Below, in pieces: positions 37,182 to 46,758 of a stretch of 64,000 nucleotides of DNA. A model generated the notes under the pieces. That model was not told where the DNA came from, did no database searches, and saw only the letters and a program-made list of their open reading frames with translations. Origin of the DNA: an uncultured Clostridiaceae bacterium (lineage in GTDB: Bacteria; Bacillota; Clostridia; TANB77; CAG-465); contig CANCXL010000005.1 of assembly GCA_947381905.1 (NCBI GenBank), positions 2,860-66,859 on the forward strand, written 5' to 3'. The position numbers were made by a program, and so were the translations under genes. Within the stretch, counting starts at the first letter, position 1. Every line of letters begins with the position of its first letter.

Positions 37182-37763
37182 ATGTCAAATATAATAGAAC
37201 TTGAAGCATCTTTTATTTTAGATAGAAATGAAGATTTGATTTTTTCAAAAATTAGTGAAAAAAATTTTTTACTAAAAGAGGAAACAATAGAAGAGGATAC
37301 ATACTATACAGATAAAGAGATGACTTACATTAGAGATAGAATATGTCTTAGAACTAGAAATACAGATAATGAAAGGCTAGAACTTACATATAAGCCTAAA
37401 ACAGATAATAAAACAGAAAAATATGGTAAAAGGGAAGTAAATATACAAATTAATGTAGAGGATTATGAGGACATCAAGTATGTAATTGAAGAACTAGGAT
37501 TTATTGAATATGTATCGTTTAAAAAACATAGAAAAACTTATTCTAAAATAATAGATAATACAGAATATAATATCATGGTTGATGAAATTGAAAATGTTGG
37601 AAAATTTATTGAACTTGAAATATTAACTGATACTGTAGAAAAACAATTGAAATTAAAAACAAGATTAGATGAATTTGTAACTGAAATCGGATGTGATAGT
37701 CTAGATGAGAAAAAGCAACCTTATAGAGATATAGTTAAACAAAAACAAGAAGAGAAAGCATAA
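37182..37763 (+). CDS. CYTH-like domain protein (CyaB / thiamine triphosphatase superfamily), divergent
   Basis: N-terminal IELEASFIL in place of the EXEXK signature; later RLELTYK, REVNIQ, FIELEIL beta-strand pattern typical of the CYTH barrel. Confidence 0.45.
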   Translation: MSNIIELEASFILDRNEDLIFSKISEKNFLLKEETIEEDTYYTDKEMTYIRDRICLRTRNTDNERLELTYKPKTDNKTEKYGKREVNIQINVEDYEDIKYVIEELGFIEYVSFKKHRKTYSKIIDNTEYNIMVDEIENVGKFIELEILTDTVEKQLKLKTRLDEFVTEIGCDSLDEKKQPYRDIVKQKQEEKA

Positions 37764-37776
37764 GCTTTCTCTTTTA

Positions 37777-38142
37777 CTATTTTATAGTAGGTTTTGCAAC
37801 TAAAGAGGCAATAAAACCAAATACCACTGCGGCTGCTATTCCACCAGCTGTTGCTGTTATTCCACCTGTAAATACGCCAATAAATCCGCTTTCTGTAATT
37901 GCTTTTACTGTACCTTTATATAGACAGTATCCAAATCCAGAAATAGGTACAGTTGCACCACATTTTCCAAAATTATAAATAGGTTCATATATTCCTAGAA
38001 AACCAAGTATTACTCCTAATGTAACAAAAAGCGTTAGAATTCTTGCTGGAGTAATTTTTGTCTTATCTATAAGGATTTGACCAATTGTACAGATTATTCC
38101 TCCTGTTAAAAATACTTTTCCATATTCTAATAATATATCCAT
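37777..38142 (-). CDS. spoVAE: Stage V sporulation protein AE (C-terminal type)
   Basis: 121 aa; GGIICTIGQILID...GATVPISGFG. Confidence 0.85.
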   Translation of the reverse strand: MDILLEYGKVFLTGGIICTIGQILIDKTKITPARILTLFVTLGVILGFLGIYEPIYNFGKCGATVPISGFGYCLYKGTVKAITESGFIGVFTGGITATAGGIAAAVVFGFIASLVAKPTIK

Positions 38143-38144
38143 AA

Positions 38145-39161
38145 TTACACCTCGTTTTCTATTGCAACAGCGTGTGCAATTGAAGGAATAGATTCGCCTT
38201 GTGAAGACGATAGAGGACTCATTAATGCACCAGTTGCAACCAATAATATTTTATTTAAATTTTTAGCTTTAAGTTCATTAAAAAAGTATCCAGAAAAGAC
38301 ACTAGCTATACATCCACATCCGCTTCCTCCACAATTTACATCTTGTGTATTTTCGTCATATATTAATACGCCACAATCTTTATGTTTTTGTGTAATATCT
38401 ATACCTTCTTTTTTAAATAATTCTGCAAGCATATCACTTCCATGTGTTCCTAAGTCTCCAGTAATTATAGCATCATAATAGTTTATATCTCTTCCAGTGT
38501 CTGTTAAATGCTGAGCAATAGTATTAAAAGCTGCAGGAGCCATAGCAGCACCCATATTAGAGATATCTGTAACACCTAAATCAATTATTTTACCCGGAGT
38601 TACATGTGTTATATGTATTCCATTATCTGAAAGACTTCTATTTGTTACAAGAGCTGCACCACTTGCAGTAGCAGTAGATTGTGCAGTTGTACTTTTTTGA
38701 TTACCATGTTCTAGTGGTAATCTAAACTGTCTTTCAGCACTACAAAAATGAGAAGAAGCTGAAGCAATTACTTGTTTAAACATTCCGCTTTCAATTAGCA
38801 TTGAAGATAAAACAAGTCCTTCAACAAAAGTTGAGCATGCACCATATAGTCCTAGAAATGGTGTATCAAATGATCTTATTGCAAATCCAGATGAAATACA
38901 TTGATTAAGCAAGTCTCCAGAAAATATAACATCTATATCTTGCTCGTTAGTACCAGTTTTTACTAGTAGATTTCTTATACAGCTTTCAAGCATTTTACTT
39001 TCTGCTTTTTCAAAAGTTTTTTCATCAAAAAATACATCATTTATATGTAGCTCAAAATAATTTGCAAGAGGTCCTTGCATCTCTTTTGGTCCAACTATGC
39101 TTGAAGTAGCAAAAATACAAGGTTTAGAGTTTATTTTATATGTTTGTTTACCTATTTTCAT
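38145..39161 (-). CDS. spoVAD: Stage V sporulation protein AD
   Basis: 338 aa with thiolase-like fold: GPKEMQGPL, GDLLNQC, CGGSGCGC. Confidence 0.9.
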   Translation of the reverse strand: MKIGKQTYKINSKPCIFATSSIVGPKEMQGPLANYFELHINDVFFDEKTFEKAESKMLESCIRNLLVKTGTNEQDIDVIFSGDLLNQCISSGFAIRSFDTPFLGLYGACSTFVEGLVLSSMLIESGMFKQVIASASSHFCSAERQFRLPLEHGNQKSTTAQSTATASGAALVTNRSLSDNGIHITHVTPGKIIDLGVTDISNMGAAMAPAAFNTIAQHLTDTGRDINYYDAIITGDLGTHGSDMLAELFKKEGIDITQKHKDCGVLIYDENTQDVNCGGSGCGCIASVFSGYFFNELKAKNLNKILLVATGALMSPLSSSQGESIPSIAHAVAIENEV

Positions 39162-39172
39162 AATTTTACCTC

Positions 39173-39631
39173 CTAAAATATATAGTTAAATACATAATAT
39201 ACAAATCCTAAAATTACGGATGTTGTTATACCATATACAAGTACAGGTCCTGCAACTTTAAACATATTTGCACCTATACCTAAAACATAACCTTCACTTT
39301 TAAATTCTATTGCTGGAGCAACTACAGAATTTGAAAATCCTGTTATTGGTATGGTAGATCCTGCACCAGCAACTTTACCGATTCTCGAATAAAGATTTAC
39401 TGCAGTAAGGAATGCACCAATAAATATTAAAGTTATACTTGTAAATGTTGCTGCTTGCTCTTTCTCTACTCCCATATTTACCAATTGATTAGATATAAAC
39501 TGACCAAGACAACATATAAGTCCGCCAACAATAAATGCTATTATTATATTTTTTACTATTGGACTTTTTTTTGCTTTTTTAGATATGAGTTCATCATATT
39601 CACTATTTGTTATATTTAAATTTGTATTCAT
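39173..39631 (-). CDS. spoVAC: Stage V sporulation protein AC
   Basis: 152 aa; FIVGGLICCLGQ..., AGAGSTIPITGFSN. Confidence 0.9.
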   Translation of the reverse strand: MNTNLNITNSEYDELISKKAKKSPIVKNIIIAFIVGGLICCLGQFISNQLVNMGVEKEQAATFTSITLIFIGAFLTAVNLYSRIGKVAGAGSTIPITGFSNSVVAPAIEFKSEGYVLGIGANMFKVAGPVLVYGITTSVILGFVYYVFNYIF

Positions 39632-39757
39632 AAAATTATCACCAGTAATAATATTTGCAGAAAAAAATTAAATATAATTTTTATTTCTAAAATATTGAAA
39701 TACAACAAAAAATTTGATATAATAAATTCATCTATTGGAGCTTTTGGGGGGAGTAAT

Positions 39758-40177
39758 ATGGAAAACGAGAAAAAGTTTGGAACAGAAATGTTTGGTTATG
39801 ATAAAAAAGAAGTAGAAGAATACGTAAAAGCTATGAAAGCAGATTACGAAAGTAAAATTCAAGCTGAACGTTCCGATGCAAATAGAATTGCAAATGAGCT
39901 TTCTTTAGTAAAAAGAAAACTAGAAAAATATGAAACAGACTATATTGCAAAACAAGAAAAAGTTGCTAGTGCTCTAATAACTGCTGAAGATCAAGCTAAG
40001 AAAATTATTGAAAATTCAAGAAGTGAAGCTATACAAGAAAAAGACAGAATTGAACATTTAATTGAGATGGAAAAAGAAAAACTCTTAGACATGAAAAGAG
40101 AAGTTATAGATTTAAAAGAAAAAACAGTAGGACTATTAGACAAGTATAGTCAAGAAATTAATAATTTATTAGATTAG
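39758..40177 (+). CDS. DivIVA domain-containing coiled-coil protein
   Basis: N-terminal F(G)TEMFGYDKKEVEEYV motif followed by coiled coil. RBS GGGGGGAG precedes ATG 39758. Confidence 0.7.
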   Translation: MENEKKFGTEMFGYDKKEVEEYVKAMKADYESKIQAERSDANRIANELSLVKRKLEKYETDYIAKQEKVASALITAEDQAKKIIENSRSEAIQEKDRIEHLIEMEKEKLLDMKREVIDLKEKTVGLLDKYSQEINNLLD

Positions 40178-40227
40178 TAATTAAAATTTAGTGACCGTAA
40201 TACAATAGAACATAGGAGATATGTTTT

Positions 40228-41382
40228 ATGAAAATTGCGGTTACTTTTTTTAGGAACAAAAGAAAAAAACAAAATATGGTTTATCATAAAGATGAACATA
40301 TATATAGTAATATTCAAAATCAATTTAGTATTAAGGGCTATGAGGTAGTTATTGCATTAATAATTAGTATTTATATAATATTTAATTGTACATCAATTAT
40401 TTCATTAAGTAGTAATATGTTTAGAACTAAAAATATAGATATTTCTCCAAATAATATAATGGCTATGAATAGTTTAATTAATATAGATAATTATATATTT
40501 TCAAAAGAAGAAATAAAAGAAGAAAAAATGGAGATAGCACTACCAGAGGAAGAAGCTATGGATGAACTTGCAAACTTATATAATGAACAAGTAGTATTTA
40601 ATAATGTAAAGTCTGAAGATATAAGAATAACTGCTCAAACTGAAAATTATCAAAAAATGAATGTATGTGGCGTGGACATAGTAAATTATTCTACTAATAG
40701 AAATATAGATTTTCAAAAAATACTTAATTCAGAAGATATAATATTAAATAAAAAAAATGATGAAATATTATTATATACAACTCATACATCTGAATCATAT
40801 GCAAACAGTCCTAAATACTCTTTTGATTATACAAGCCCAAGAAGAAGTACAGATGGAAACTACAATATGCTTGCTATTTCAAAAAATTTAGCGTCGAATT
40901 TAAATAATAAAGGGATTAATACGGTTTGTAGTTTGACACCACATGACTATGGAGAGTATAATAGTGCATATTCAAATTCAAGAATGACATTTGAAACTTT
41001 AATTACAGAAAATCCCAATATCAGTATGGCAATAGATGTACATAGAGATGCAATTGAAGATTTAGATTTTGCACCTAAAACATGTATTAAAGGATATGAT
41101 GTTGCATCTTTAATGCTTGTAATGGGAATAGGATATGAAGAAGATGGATATAATCCATATTATGAACAGAATTTAAAATTAGCGTTTCAAATATATATAT
41201 TAGCAAATAAAATCTATCCTGGATTATTCAGAGCAATGATTATTAGAAACTCTATATATAATCAAGATATAAAGAGTAATTCGTTTTTGGTAGAAGTTGG
41301 TGCATCTGGAAATACAATTGATGAGGCAAAACTTGCGACCAGATGTTTAGCAAATTTAATAAATATTATATATAGAGATTGA
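40228..41382 (+). CDS. spoIIP: Stage II sporulation protein P
   Basis: ILLYTTHTSESYA, AIDVHRDA, FLVEVGASGNT. Confidence 0.85.
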   Translation: MKIAVTFFRNKRKKQNMVYHKDEHIYSNIQNQFSIKGYEVVIALIISIYIIFNCTSIISLSSNMFRTKNIDISPNNIMAMNSLINIDNYIFSKEEIKEEKMEIALPEEEAMDELANLYNEQVVFNNVKSEDIRITAQTENYQKMNVCGVDIVNYSTNRNIDFQKILNSEDIILNKKNDEILLYTTHTSESYANSPKYSFDYTSPRRSTDGNYNMLAISKNLASNLNNKGINTVCSLTPHDYGEYNSAYSNSRMTFETLITENPNISMAIDVHRDAIEDLDFAPKTCIKGYDVASLMLVMGIGYEEDGYNPYYEQNLKLAFQIYILANKIYPGLFRAMIIRNSIYNQDIKSNSFLVEVGASGNTIDEAKLATRCLANLINIIYRD

Positions 41383-41438
41383 TTTGGATATTTTATTTGT
41401 GATATAATCTAAAATCAGTATGAAAGGTTAGGAAAAAA

Positions 41439-43409
41439 ATGGCAAAGTTAGTTATAGTTGAGTCACCATCTAAAGCTAAGACAATAAAAAAATATTTAGG
41501 TGGAGAATATGAAGTTATTGCTTCACAAGGTCATATAATAGATTTACCTTCTAGTAAACTTGCAGTAGATGTAGATAACGATTTTAAACCAGAATATAAG
41601 ACTATGAAGGGAAAAACAAATATAATTAAAGAAATTAAAGATAAAGCAAAAGGAAAAGATTTTGTGTATCTTGCAACCGACCCCGATCGTGAGGGAGAAG
41701 CTATAGCATGGCATTTAAAGAATGTATTAAATATTAAAGATGATGAAAAATGTAGAATAGAATTTAATGAGATAACAAAAAATGCGGTAAAAAAAGCAGT
41801 AGAAAAACCAAGAATAGTAAATCAAGCATTAGTTGATGCGCAACAAGCAAGACGTATTCTTGATAGAATTGTTGGATATAAATTGTCACCATTACTGTGG
41901 AAAAAAGTAAAAAAAGGAACAAGCGCTGGAAGAGTGCAATCCGTAGCTCTAAAGCTTATAGTAGACAAAGAAAGAGAGATAAAAAGTTTTATACCAGAAG
42001 ATTATTATTTAATGTATGCTAAATTAAAAAAGGATAGTGATTTAGTACTTGCTAAATTTTATGGTGATGATAATGGTAAAATTGAATTAAAAGATGAAAA
42101 GCAAGTAAATAAAATATTAAATTTAATAGATAATAAAGAATATAAAGTGATAGATATAAAAAAGAGTGAAAGGAAAAAAAATCCGCCAGCTCCATTTACA
42201 ACATCTTCACTACAACAAGAAGCATCAAGAAAACTAGGCTTTAGTGTTAAAAAAACTATGATGGTCGCACAAAGATTATATGAATCTGGATATATTACAT
42301 ATATGAGAACCGATTCTACAAGACTTTCTGATGATGCAAAGAAAATGGCAAAAGAATATATTACAGACAAGTTTGGAAACAACTATTATTTAAATAGGGA
42401 ATTTAAAGCAAAAGAAAATGCACAAGATGCACACGAGGCAATAAGACCATCTCATTTAGATGGCGTAGTTGAGCTTGGAAAAGATGAGGAAAAATTATAT
42501 AATTTAATTCTAAATAGATTTTTAGCATCGCAGATGTCTGTCGCAATATATGATACAACTAGAATAAAAGTAAAAGTTGAAGACTATATTTTCCATATTA
42601 ATGGAAGCACTATAAAATTTGATGGATTTATGAAATTATATATTGAAGGAAAAGATGATAAAGTAAAATCCAAAAATGATTCAGAAGAAGATGATGATGA
42701 AGTAAATGTATTGCCAGAATTTGAAATTGGAGAAATATTAAAGCAACATGAACTAAAAGCAGATAAGAAAACAACAGAACCACCAGCAAGGTATACAGAA
42801 GCAAGTCTTGTAAAAGCTATGGAAGAAAAAGGAATTGGAAGACCTAGTACATATGCACCTACAATATCTACAATTGAAGATAGATTTTATATTGAAAAAG
42901 AAGGAAGATATATAAAACCAACAGATCTTGGCGAAATTGTAAATAACTTACTAGAAGATAATTTTAAAGATATTGTTGATGTTAAGTTTACTGCGGATAT
43001 GGAGAATAAACTGGATAATATTGCAGAATCAAAGCAAAACTATGTACAAATGTTAAGAGAATTTTATGATCCATTTATAAAGAATTTAAATGAAGTACAA
43101 GATAAAATTGAAAAAGTAAAAATTCCAGAGCAAGAAACAGATGTGGTATGTGAAAAGTGTGGAAGAAATATGGTTATAAAACAAGGAAGATTTGGAAAAT
43201 TTTTAGCGTGCCCTGGTTATCCAGAGTGCTCAAATATTAAACCATATAATGAAACTATAGATGTACCTTGTCCAGAGTGTGGAGGAAAAGTTTTAATAAA
43301 AAGAACAAAAACAAAAAGACCATTTTATGTTTGTGAAAATAACACAAATAGTGAAGATAGCAAATGTCATTACATTTCGTGGTCTAAACCAACAGTTAAG
43401 AAAAAATAA
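41439..43409 (+). CDS. topA: DNA topoisomerase I
   Basis: TOPRIM LVIVESPSKAKTI...ATDPDREGEAIAWH; active-site region GYITYMRTDS; two C-terminal zinc ribbons CEKCG...CPGYPEC and CPECG. Confidence 0.96.
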   Translation: MAKLVIVESPSKAKTIKKYLGGEYEVIASQGHIIDLPSSKLAVDVDNDFKPEYKTMKGKTNIIKEIKDKAKGKDFVYLATDPDREGEAIAWHLKNVLNIKDDEKCRIEFNEITKNAVKKAVEKPRIVNQALVDAQQARRILDRIVGYKLSPLLWKKVKKGTSAGRVQSVALKLIVDKEREIKSFIPEDYYLMYAKLKKDSDLVLAKFYGDDNGKIELKDEKQVNKILNLIDNKEYKVIDIKKSERKKNPPAPFTTSSLQQEASRKLGFSVKKTMMVAQRLYESGYITYMRTDSTRLSDDAKKMAKEYITDKFGNNYYLNREFKAKENAQDAHEAIRPSHLDGVVELGKDEEKLYNLILNRFLASQMSVAIYDTTRIKVKVEDYIFHINGSTIKFDGFMKLYIEGKDDKVKSKNDSEEDDDEVNVLPEFEIGEILKQHELKADKKTTEPPARYTEASLVKAMEEKGIGRPSTYAPTISTIEDRFYIEKEGRYIKPTDLGEIVNNLLEDNFKDIVDVKFTADMENKLDNIAESKQNYVQMLREFYDPFIKNLNEVQDKIEKVKIPEQETDVVCEKCGRNMVIKQGRFGKFLACPGYPECSNIKPYNETIDVPCPECGGKVLIKRTKTKRPFYVCENNTNSEDSKCHYISWSKPTVKKK

Positions 43410-43498
43410 TATGGAAATACTTTCTATTTTAAATAGGAAGTATTTTTTCTTGAAAAAAACAGCTTTGTATAATATAATTAACTTGAATGGAGTAAAAG

Positions 43499-44866
43499 AT
43501 GGAAGAAATTAATGTAATAGGGGCAGGACTTGCAGGATGTGAATGTGCATGGATACTTGCTAATAATAATATAAAAGTAAATTTATACGAAATGAAACCA
43601 AAATTTAGGAGTGCAGCACATAATTCAGATGATTTTGCAGAGCTTGTTTGTAGCAATTCTTTAAAATCAGAGCTAATTACAAACGCATGCGGGTTATTAA
43701 AAAAAGAGATGGAGCTTTTGGGTAGTCTTTTTGTTGAAGCTGCATATAATTCTAAAGTCCCTGCAGGACAAGCACTTGCAGTAGATAGAGATGTTTTTTC
43801 AAGTTATATAACAGAAAAGATAAAAAATAATAAAAATATAAATATTATATATGAAAAAATAGATAATATAGATGATATTAAAGGAATTAAAGTTATAGCT
43901 ACAGGACCTTTAACAGATGAAGCACTAATGACTTCTTTAAGTAAAAAAATAGAAAGCGACTCATTATATTTTTATGATGCAGCTGCACCTATTGTATCTA
44001 GAGATTCAATAGATATGAATATTGCATATTGGGGAGATAGATACGAGCAGGAAAGAGGTAGAGAAGAACCAATTGAAGAATGGAAAGAGCGTTTGTCTAA
44101 AATGGGTGAGGCAGATTATCTAAATCTTCCTATGAATAAAGAGGAATATGAGTTATTTGTAAAAGAGTTATTAGATGCAGAAGTAGTAACACTTCACGAA
44201 TTCGAGAAAAAGGAAATCTTTGAAGGATGTATGCCAGTAGAAGTTATGGCATCTCGTGGAATAGATACTTTAAGATTTGGACCATTAAAGCCTGTTGGTT
44301 TTACTGATCCTAGAACTGGAAGAAGACCATATGCTAATGTTCAGCTTAGAATGGAAAATAAAGAAGGGGAATTATTTAATCTTGTAGGATTTCAAACAAA
44401 TTTAAAATTTCCAGAGCAAAAGAAAGTATTTAGGATGATACCAGGTCTTGAAAATGCAACATTTGAAAGATATGGTGTAATGCATAGAAATTCATACATT
44501 AATGGTGGAAAATTACTAAATAATAATTTTTGCTTAAAAAAAGACACGGAGTTGTATTTTGCAGGTCAAATATCTGGAGTAGAAGGGTATGTTGAGTCAG
44601 CTGCTTCTGGTATGATGGTGGCATATAGTATCATTTCAAGAATTAATAATAATATAATAGAATTTCCTGAAGATACAATGCTTGGCAGTTTGGCAAAATA
44701 TATTTCTACTGAAAATGAAAACTTTCAGCCAATGAATGCAAATTTTGGAATATTAAAACCATTGGAAAAGAAGATTAAGGATAAAAAAGAAAGGTATACA
44801 AAGCTTGCAGAAATTTCAATACAAAGTATAAATGAATTTAAAAAGCAAAATTATATTAACATTTAG
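43499..44866 (+). CDS. trmFO: Methylenetetrahydrofolate--tRNA-(uracil-5-)-methyltransferase
   Basis: INVIGAGLAGCECAW FAD motif; ELVCSNSLK; FAGQISGVEGYVESAASG. Confidence 0.93.
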   Translation: MEEINVIGAGLAGCECAWILANNNIKVNLYEMKPKFRSAAHNSDDFAELVCSNSLKSELITNACGLLKKEMELLGSLFVEAAYNSKVPAGQALAVDRDVFSSYITEKIKNNKNINIIYEKIDNIDDIKGIKVIATGPLTDEALMTSLSKKIESDSLYFYDAAAPIVSRDSIDMNIAYWGDRYEQERGREEPIEEWKERLSKMGEADYLNLPMNKEEYELFVKELLDAEVVTLHEFEKKEIFEGCMPVEVMASRGIDTLRFGPLKPVGFTDPRTGRRPYANVQLRMENKEGELFNLVGFQTNLKFPEQKKVFRMIPGLENATFERYGVMHRNSYINGGKLLNNNFCLKKDTELYFAGQISGVEGYVESAASGMMVAYSIISRINNNIIEFPEDTMLGSLAKYISTENENFQPMNANFGILKPLEKKIKDKKERYTKLAEISIQSINEFKKQNYINI

Positions 44867-44875
44867 GAGAAAGAT

Positions 44876-45784
44876 ATGAGTAACATTTATTTATTATATG
44901 GAGAAGAAAAATATGATATAAATCAAAAAATAGAAAAGATAAAAAAGGAATTTTCTAATTTAGAGATTGGAGTTAATTTATTCTATGTAAATTCGGATAA
45001 TATAGAGGATCTTGCAAGCATTACACAGGGTGTCACTTTTTTTGGAAGTGAGAAATTAATAATAATTAAAAATACAAATTTAAAATTTAATGTTAATTTA
45101 CTAAAAGATTTAGATGATGATGTTAAAGTCATAATAGTTGAGGATAGCGTGGATAAAAGACTTAGTGAGTATAAAACTTTGTCTAAAATAGCAGAGTGTG
45201 TTGAATATAAGCATTTAGATTCTAAACAAATGATAACATATATAATAGATACTCTAAAAAAATATAATGTTAAAATATCATATGAAGATGCAGAATATAT
45301 GCAAAACGTATGTGGTGAAGACAAATATAATAATATAAATGAGCTACAAAAGCTTGTTATATATGTTGGAAATGGTGGAATTGTAGATAGAGAAACGATA
45401 GATAAGATATGCTCTAAAACATTAAATGCGAAACTTTTTGATGTGTTAGATGATATTATTAATAAAAGAAAAAAGGTAGCAATTGATGAAATAGATTCTT
45501 TACTTAGACAAAAAGAGCCAATTGTAAAGATATATATTATGCTATATAAGCAATTTAAACAACTATATCAAATTAAAGTTTTAAAATCAAAAAATAATAC
45601 AAATTATGCACAAGAGTTATCTCTTCATCCATTTGTCGCTAAAAAACTTTCTGCTTCTGCAGATAAATACACTCAAGAAGAACTAAAAAATATAATTTAT
45701 GCTTTTGATGATTATGATCAAAAGACGAAAAATGGCGATATGGATTTTGAAATTGGATTAAAAAAAATAATTTGTATGTTGTAA
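44876..45784 (+). CDS. holA: DNA polymerase III subunit delta
   Basis: IYLLYGEEKY N-terminus, ~300 aa, KLFDVLDDI, HPFVAKK. Followed by gpr as in Bacillus. Confidence 0.8.
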   Translation: MSNIYLLYGEEKYDINQKIEKIKKEFSNLEIGVNLFYVNSDNIEDLASITQGVTFFGSEKLIIIKNTNLKFNVNLLKDLDDDVKVIIVEDSVDKRLSEYKTLSKIAECVEYKHLDSKQMITYIIDTLKKYNVKISYEDAEYMQNVCGEDKYNNINELQKLVIYVGNGGIVDRETIDKICSKTLNAKLFDVLDDIINKRKKVAIDEIDSLLRQKEPIVKIYIMLYKQFKQLYQIKVLKSKNNTNYAQELSLHPFVAKKLSASADKYTQEELKNIIYAFDDYDQKTKNGDMDFEIGLKKIICML

Positions 45785-45802
45785 TATAAATACCTCATAA
45801 TA
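45774..45802 (+). promoter_or_regulatory. Forespore sigma-G/sigma-F type promoter for gpr, embedded in the 3' end of holA
   Basis: GTATG (GHATR), 17-nt spacer, CATAATA (CATnnTA), about 19 nt upstream of ATG 45821. Confidence 0.55.
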
Positions 45803-45820
45803 TATATGAGGTGTTTTTTT

Positions 45821-46696
45821 ATGTGTGAATTTAAATACAATACAGACATGGCAGATGAGAGAGTTGATGAATACAAATATGTAAATAATTTAAGTGCAAT
45901 TGATGGCATAGAGGTATTACAAGAAAAGTATGATGAATTTAATATAACTACAGTAAATGTATTAAATGAAAATGGAAAAAATGCAATAGATAAAGAAATA
46001 GGATCATATATTACTTTTGAAATGGATAATATAAAATATATAGAAGACAAGCAAAAAATTATAGAAAAAATAACAGAACATTTAAAAAAATTAATAAAGG
46101 ACAATGAGAGTGTACTTGTTGTTGGACTTGGAAATGTCTATGTTACAGCTGACGCACTTGGATCTAAAGTAATAAATAGAGTTGAGGCTACTAGGCATAT
46201 TTTGAAATTTGCAAAAGATATAATAGATAGTGATACTAGAGAAGTCTCTGCTATTGCTCCAGGAGTTATGGGAAAAACTGGTGTTCAAACATCAGAAATA
46301 GTGTCATCTGTATCAAAGATAGTTAGTCCTAAGTATATTATTGTTATTGACAGTTTAATGTCAAAGAGCATGCAAAGAGTTGGAAATTCTATACAGCTTA
46401 GCAATACTGGTATAATACCAGGATCAGGAATTAATGGATATAATAAAAAAATAGATGAAAATACGACAGAAGCTAAAGTTATATCAATAGGCGTTCCAAT
46501 GGTTGTAGATATTGCTACTATAACAAATGATGCTATAAGCATAATCGAAAATAAAGAAGACAATGATTTGGAAAGATATAAAAAAATAGCTAAGACGTTA
46601 GATATGCAAAATTATATTGTTACTCCCAAAGATATAGATGAGTTGATTGACTTAATGTCTGAGGTAATATCAGATGGAATAAACAAAGCTATGTAA
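45821..46696 (+). CDS. gpr: Germination protease (spore SASP endopeptidase)
   Basis: NTDMADE; VVGLGNVYVTADALG; IAPGVMGKTGV; IVIDSL; LSNTGIIPGSG; IGVPMVVD. RBS GAGGTG precedes ATG 45821; the track ORF begins at 45806. Confidence 0.9.
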   Translation: MCEFKYNTDMADERVDEYKYVNNLSAIDGIEVLQEKYDEFNITTVNVLNENGKNAIDKEIGSYITFEMDNIKYIEDKQKIIEKITEHLKKLIKDNESVLVVGLGNVYVTADALGSKVINRVEATRHILKFAKDIIDSDTREVSAIAPGVMGKTGVQTSEIVSSVSKIVSPKYIIVIDSLMSKSMQRVGNSIQLSNTGIIPGSGINGYNKKIDENTTEAKVISIGVPMVVDIATITNDAISIIENKEDNDLERYKKIAKTLDMQNYIVTPKDIDELIDLMSEVISDGINKAM

Positions 46697-46758
46697 TTGT
46701 CTATTGATTTTAAATTGAAACTAGTATAAAATAATAGTAATTTAGGGGGAATAATGAT

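Noticed and set aside
43327-43512. 61-aa ORF bridging the topA 3' end and the trmFO start
   Set aside because: It overlaps two well-supported genes out of frame and spans a terminator hairpin (about 43414-43449). It has no RBS.
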